From: an uncultured Methanoregulaceae archaeon
GTDB lineage: Archaea > Halobacteriota > Methanomicrobia > Methanomicrobiales > Methanospirillaceae
Length of the DNA stretch: 64,000 nt
Direction of reading: 5' to 3'
Assembly: GCA_963717525.1 (NCBI GenBank)
Contig: OY970343.1
Span: 1,344,001-1,408,000 of the forward strand
Part shown: in pieces, positions 59,372 to 64,000 of the stretch
Numbering within the stretch: position 1 is the first letter of the stretch
Layout of the letters: every line of letters begins with the position of its first letter
Notes under the pieces: generated by a model
Told to the model about the DNA's origin: nothing
What the model saw: the letters and a program-made list of their open reading frames with translations, nothing else
The model's database searches: none
Position numbers and translations under genes: made by a program

Positions 59372-59878
59372 TTACTCTTTCCTGAAGACATCAGAAAATA
59401 CCATATTCTTCGTCTCTTTCTTTGGAGATGGAGTAATCTCAAGGGGCAACCCTGCAGGAACCAGTACGACAAGGGTGTATTTCTCCGGAACATTCAGGAG
59501 CTTCCTGATTTCCTCTGCGTACTCCTTCTTTTCACCTGCCACCCAGCAGGAGCCCACACCATAGGCCTGCAGGCCGAGGATCAGATTCTCTGTCGCTGCG
59601 CAGCAGTCTTCCAGGTAATATTTTGCATTACGCTCCCCGAAAACTAAAAAACAGAGTGGGGCATCGGCGATAAATTTCCCATGATCGGTCACCGCACCAA
59701 TTTTTTTGAGCAGGTCCCCGGAACGTATGATACCGATCAGCCACGGTTGCAGGTTCATGGCAGTCGGGGCATGAACCGCACACTCGATGGCATCATGGAT
59801 AAAGGATTCATCGATCGGATCCGGCTTGAATTTCCGGACACTATGTCGTCCTTTGATGACTGCAGTTATAACATTCAT
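59372..59878 (-). CDS. Nitroreductase family protein
   Basis: RHSVRKF, APTAMNLQPW, GVGSCW. Confidence 0.92.
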   Translation of the reverse strand: MNVITAVIKGRHSVRKFKPDPIDESFIHDAIECAVHAPTAMNLQPWLIGIIRSGDLLKKIGAVTDHGKFIADAPLCFLVFGERNAKYYLEDCCAATENLILGLQAYGVGSCWVAGEKKEYAEEIRKLLNVPEKYTLVVLVPAGLPLEITPSPKKETKNMVFSDVFRKE

Positions 59879-59926
59879 ACCGGGATATGGAGAAACGGCA
59901 GATAAAAAGTTTATGGAGGGGGGTGA

Positions 59927-60982
59927 TCAGTGCTGTTTTTTAAGCACAATAATCGCGAGGGAACCGAGAGAAACCAACGTCAGGAGGGTACCGAACCCGG
60001 GAGATCCGGCAGTGGTTGTCTCCACCGGGATGGGCGTAGTGGGAACGGTAGAGGCCGTAGCAGATGCCGTCGTAACAACGGGAACCGGGGTACTGGGAGT
60101 TATCGTTGGTATTGTTGTGGGCACAGCGGTACTCTGTGTCGTGGGCAGGAGGGAAGGAGGTGTTTGTACAGTGCCCCCCGGTGTCGTTGTTACTGCTGTG
60201 GGAACATTCACCGAGATCAGCGGGTTCTGTTCCTGATCAAGGAGGGTGTTTTGCTGGCTTATTGTCTTACCAGGTATTCCATAGTTATCATACATATTGT
60301 TTATATCGCACTTGGCCCAGATGGTATACGTTCCCGTAACGTACTGGGAGTTCCCGGTGTCCCAGCTCCAAGGAGTTGTATAGTCCGCTTGTGAAATCAC
60401 GAGGTTTTCAAGAGATTGCGGAGTCCCCGAGCTGTCGAGAAGTGCGGAGTAAGTACCTCCTACAGGAGATTGGACATAGATAGTAATACCTTCAGGTGTC
60501 GATCCACCCGATGGTCTCGAGAAAATTTGGTTCAGGTTGGTATCTATCCTGAAAGCAGCCTGATCTCCCCGGGGGATCCATTTGTTTGTCACATCAATAT
60601 TGACCGTTGTGTCGATGACTCTGATAGCCAGTGAAGGATCGGCGACAACGAAAGCTATACCATCCGGTTTTCCTTGCGAATTAAGCCGGTACCATGTACC
60701 GACATATTGTCCGAATGCTGAAGATGACACATAAAAATTCGAAGGTGAGGTAATCGGCATCTGGCTGTCAGGAGAACTCGTCGCGATGGCCGCCCCGGAC
60801 GCCCACCATCCTATAGAGGAATCACTCCCTATTGCAGCAGTAACATCAAGACCCTGCTCCCCAATGTAAACGGTTCCTCCCTGCTGGATGGTTGTATATG
60901 CTCCTGCTGCCATTGCCGGAACGGCAAGTAAGCACAGGCATATAAGAACAATCCCAAGCCGGACTTTTGATACAGCTCGCAT
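59927..60982 (-). CDS. Surface glycoprotein, DUF3821-like domain with PGF-CTERM sorting signal
   Basis: Signal peptide, GGTVYIGEQGLDVT, Thr/Pro-rich linker, SPGF + TM + KK tail. Confidence 0.85.
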   Translation of the reverse strand: MRAVSKVRLGIVLICLCLLAVPAMAAGAYTTIQQGGTVYIGEQGLDVTAAIGSDSSIGWWASGAAIATSSPDSQMPITSPSNFYVSSSAFGQYVGTWYRLNSQGKPDGIAFVVADPSLAIRVIDTTVNIDVTNKWIPRGDQAAFRIDTNLNQIFSRPSGGSTPEGITIYVQSPVGGTYSALLDSSGTPQSLENLVISQADYTTPWSWDTGNSQYVTGTYTIWAKCDINNMYDNYGIPGKTISQQNTLLDQEQNPLISVNVPTAVTTTPGGTVQTPPSLLPTTQSTAVPTTIPTITPSTPVPVVTTASATASTVPTTPIPVETTTAGSPGFGTLLTLVSLGSLAIIVLKKQH

Positions 60983-61563
60983 AGTCTTCAATGCTGCTTT
61001 GGTCTTAAAAAACGTGACGCTTCTCAAAGTAATATTAGTGAGGAGAGCTGGAGGGTAGACCATAGCCGATAATTCCAGGAGAGGATAAAAGGCGGATAAC
61101 ACTATCGCGAAATAGGTTATGGGCAACGTGGGGATCCCTGTGTATTGAAAGAAAAAGAATCGGTACGGGATCAGCCCGGGACATTTTTCTTTCTTTGCCG
61201 GTCCGGGACTCCGAACAAAAACACGCGATCTGGTGATGAGGTCACCCCGGAGCCGGAAAAATTGAGTTGGATGTACATGCAACTGTTGAATGTACATGTG
61301 ACATCGCGTTTTCGGGACAGAAATTTGGCCGGATCAGCTGGACCATTAAGAGACCCCGGGCTGATCGTAGTAGTGCAGCCGCTTCCAATTTCATAATAAC
61401 AGGACTAGGTACAATCGGTCCCGTACACGATGATCCGGTTCTCTTCTCCCAAAGGTACGGGAACAACGGTCATTTTTTTATTGTTCCGGTGCCCGGTGAG
61501 ATCCAGAAATATGCCCTCTCCCCGGACTGAGGCAGATAACGCTAATCCAAAATCCGGTGATAG

Positions 61564-62118
61564 TTATTCTCTGCAAATCGCATCGAAATTTTCGTAAACC
61601 CGTTTCCCGTCAACCGTGTGGCTGACCTCAGGATGCCACTGAAGCCCGTAAACCCGTTTCTCCGGGCACGCAACAGCCTCAATGCCGCAGATACCGGAGC
61701 TGGCTAAGAGGGTAAATCCATCTGGCACCCTGCAGACCTCATCCGCATGTGACGCCCAGACCGGAATCTTCTCAGGATACCCTGCCAGGATATCGTCATG
61801 ATCACGTATAGTGACCTCAACCGATCCGTATCCCCCGGATTTTCCCGGATGAACACCGCCGCCAAACTTACTCGCGATGATATGAAGCCCGAGGCAGATC
61901 CCAAGAACCGGGAGCCCGAGATCCAGGTACTCAGCGCACACCCCGGCACGCTCGATTGCCGGCCCGCCACCAAGAATAATGCCCCGGTACGCTGCAGCGA
62001 CCTCCTCTTTAGGGGTCGTATTGGGGATCAGCATCACATCGATATCCAGATCTCTCAGGGCACGGTGTATCAGATGGTTGAACTGCCCATAGTTGTTGAC
62101 CACGCAGATGGGGAGCAT
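61564..62118 (-). CDS. guaAA: GMP synthase glutamine amidotransferase subunit A
   Basis: GQFNHLI, LGICLG, SHADEV, QWHPEV. Confidence 0.93.
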   Translation of the reverse strand: MLPICVVNNYGQFNHLIHRALRDLDIDVMLIPNTTPKEEVAAAYRGIILGGGPAIERAGVCAEYLDLGLPVLGICLGLHIIASKFGGGVHPGKSGGYGSVEVTIRDHDDILAGYPEKIPVWASHADEVCRVPDGFTLLASSGICGIEAVACPEKRVYGLQWHPEVSHTVDGKRVYENFDAICRE

Positions 62119-62157
62119 TGTTACAGATCCTTATGATAAAAGGGCTATTAAGCCTGA

Positions 62158-63168
62158 TCAGCTGTACTCCTGGACCGTCCTAAAGATCTTCTCTTTGATC
62201 TGGGGCGGGGTAAAGCCCATGACCGAGGCCATGAACATGGCTCCCCCGGCGCCGGTTCCTTCCTTGACCTCCCCGGTACAGTAGCAGGCAAGGCCATCGT
62301 GGCCGAGTTCGCCAAACCCGGGGTCGACGTAATACATGGTTACGCCAATCATCGCGGCAAGATCCTGTACATTTGCCGTTCGGTCGTCACGGACATACAC
62401 GGTCGTGGCGATGGCAGGCAGGAGACCCTTTAGCGCCTTGATCACACCGCATACCGCAAGCATCTGGGTTCCCCCGGCAAGCACCAGCGTCCCGGAATAC
62501 GTACGGGCAATACCCGCCGCCACCGGGATCATCGGATCTCCGACACACCTGATTATTGCAAGGGGATCCTTGAGGGTATCAGGTGCGATACCAGCGAGAA
62601 CATCCCGGCAGATCGCTTCTTTCTGAGAAAGAGGGTTTCGGACGAAACTGCTGCTGACCATGGCAGGATACCCGAGAGCCCGGAGCACGCAGAGCGCGGT
62701 CGTCGTCCCGCCCGGCACGCACTCGCCAAGGACGAGCAGGTCCCCGGTGCCTGACATGATCTTACCGATCTCCTGCCCATGGGTGAAGAGTTGGTGCGCG
62801 AGAGGCACGGCATCCCCGGTCCGCGGATCGTTTCCCACGCCCCCAAGGGCATCCAGGTACGGGACGGTCAGCGGGTACTTCAGCCCGGCATTGATAAAGA
62901 GCGGGGCAACACCGGTCAGCTCCATCATCGCACGTGTAATAGTGGCCGGGGTTGGGCAGCCGGTGGGGGTATTGGGCTTGAGATTCAGGCTGGTGATCCG
63001 GCCGGTCGCGACCAGTTCGGCGTCAAGGTTCGGAGTCAGGAGCGTTTTTTCGGGTGTCGGGCCGGCGCCGGAGATACCGGGAATGGTGGAGACCAGGGTA
63101 TTCCCGAGAATGACGCAAAATGCCGGTTTTTTGCAGGAAAATGGGGGCACACCGGTAAGGAACGGCAT
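62158..63168 (-). CDS. cobT: NMN-dependent phosphoribosyltransferase CobT (archaeal type)
   Basis: IPGISGAG, PTPATIT, GECVPGGTTTA, LAGGTQM, VKEGTGAGG. Confidence 0.88.
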   Translation of the reverse strand: MPFLTGVPPFSCKKPAFCVILGNTLVSTIPGISGAGPTPEKTLLTPNLDAELVATGRITSLNLKPNTPTGCPTPATITRAMMELTGVAPLFINAGLKYPLTVPYLDALGGVGNDPRTGDAVPLAHQLFTHGQEIGKIMSGTGDLLVLGECVPGGTTTALCVLRALGYPAMVSSSFVRNPLSQKEAICRDVLAGIAPDTLKDPLAIIRCVGDPMIPVAAGIARTYSGTLVLAGGTQMLAVCGVIKALKGLLPAIATTVYVRDDRTANVQDLAAMIGVTMYYVDPGFGELGHDGLACYCTGEVKEGTGAGGAMFMASVMGFTPPQIKEKIFRTVQEYS

Positions 63169-63260
63169 GAGTACTCAGGATAAGAACATCTTTTGTCCAT
63201 CTGGTTTGAAGATATCGGCTTGTCGTTTCATAACCCTCTAATAGAAGCGTCCCCCAGTAC

Positions 63261-63705
63261 ATGTCTGAAATGTTTGAGATAGAGGCCCGGCTGGAAAAAA
63301 AGGGAATTACCCTTGATGCTATGGTCGAAGCGGCCATGGGGCTCTATATCTCCCACGGTATGCCAGACGATCAGGCGGCTGAAAATATCAGAGGAAAGAT
63401 GCAGAAATACCTCGCGGATCCCAATGTCGCCTCCCTGCTCCTTGGCGCCGTGCTGCTTGAAGAAGAGCTCTGATGAGAACCGGAAAGACTCTGAAATCGC
63501 TGAGGATCCGGTTTTTTTGCTCAGCGATGAGATCATCGGCATGGCTATCGCCGAATGTATCGGAGGAACCTACGCACGGTTCGAGTTTACCCGGTACGAC
63601 CAGAAAAAGCCCGGCATCCTTGCTACGCTCGGACCCTTTCTCGACGATGCCGTGGCAGGCCTGATCGCCGGATGCACCTCCCGCCTGTACAGTGAATGCA
63701 TATGA
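63261..63705 (+). CDS. cobZ: Alpha-ribazole phosphatase CobZ-like (PgpA-like; frameshift ~63471)
   Basis: DPNVASLL, DPVFLLSDE, FEFTRYDQKKPGIL, PFLDDAVAG; lies between cobT and cobS. Confidence 0.8.
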
Positions 63706-64000
63706 GACCGGTCCTGTCGCTTTTACAGTTTACCACCATTATCCCTTTGGGAAAACCACAGGATTTCGATCTTTTTGCACGGCATTCCTGGATATTTCCT
63801 GTTGCCGGATATATAATAGCCCTGCTGGTCGCCGTGCCGGTATTTTTTATTGTAGATAAGATTCTTGCCGCGGCCGTTGCTGTTGCGGGTGTCATCCTCC
63901 TCTCAGGTGCCCACCATTTCGATGGCCTTCTCGATTTTGGCGACGGCCTGATGGCACAGGGAGATCGGGAGAAACGGACACGCGCTCTCACGGACCGGTA
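63702..64000 (+). CDS. cobS: Adenosylcobinamide-GDP ribazoletransferase (partial)
   Basis: Manual translation MRPVLSLLQFTTIIPL...GAHHFDGLLDFGDGL...KRTRALTD. Confidence 0.9.
   Translation, partial: MRPVLSLLQFTTIIPLGKPQDFDLFARHSWIFPVAGYIIALLVAVPVFFIVDKILAAAVAVAGVILLSGAHHFDGLLDFGDGLMAQGDREKRTRALTDR

Overview
Chromosomal segment of a hydrogenotrophic methanogenic archaeon of the order Methanomicrobiales, probably Methanoregula-like. The placement is inferred from fae-hps, gatDE, L10e, a PGF-CTERM protein, a DUF5806-like protein and a Cas1-solo. Most of the window is housekeeping: nucleoside salvage, two DUF47-PiT phosphate transport pairs, nth, pyrH, argH, gatDE, a NitT/TauT-type ABC transporter, the fumAB-korDABC-sucCD partial reductive TCA operon, two paaK-like ligases, cobT/cobZ/cobS and four tRNAs (Trp with a C/D-guide intron, Ala, Pro, Gln). 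About ten conserved genes carry single-base breaks, mostly +1, which most likely reflects sequencing or assembly error. The most interesting part is an AT-richer block at about 42.6-54.9 kb. It holds a Xer-type tyrosine recombinase with a near-perfect 11-6-11 dif-like palindrome in its own promoter and a serine resolvase/invertase, both bracketed by a 30-bp inverted repeat. These are followed by an excisionase-like HTH protein, a DUF5806-like protein, a 1193-aa helical-repeat protein, an acylphosphatase and a catalytically degenerate solo Cas1 with no CRISPR array. Together they form a candidate terminus or chromosome-resolution locus. Also found: two families of dispersed non-coding repeats (GC-rich REP/REPIN-like paired hairpins, and a ~380-bp element with an ORB-like core), a probable ATA start codon for gatD, a circularly permuted substrate-binding protein and an unannotated zinc-ribbon microprotein.
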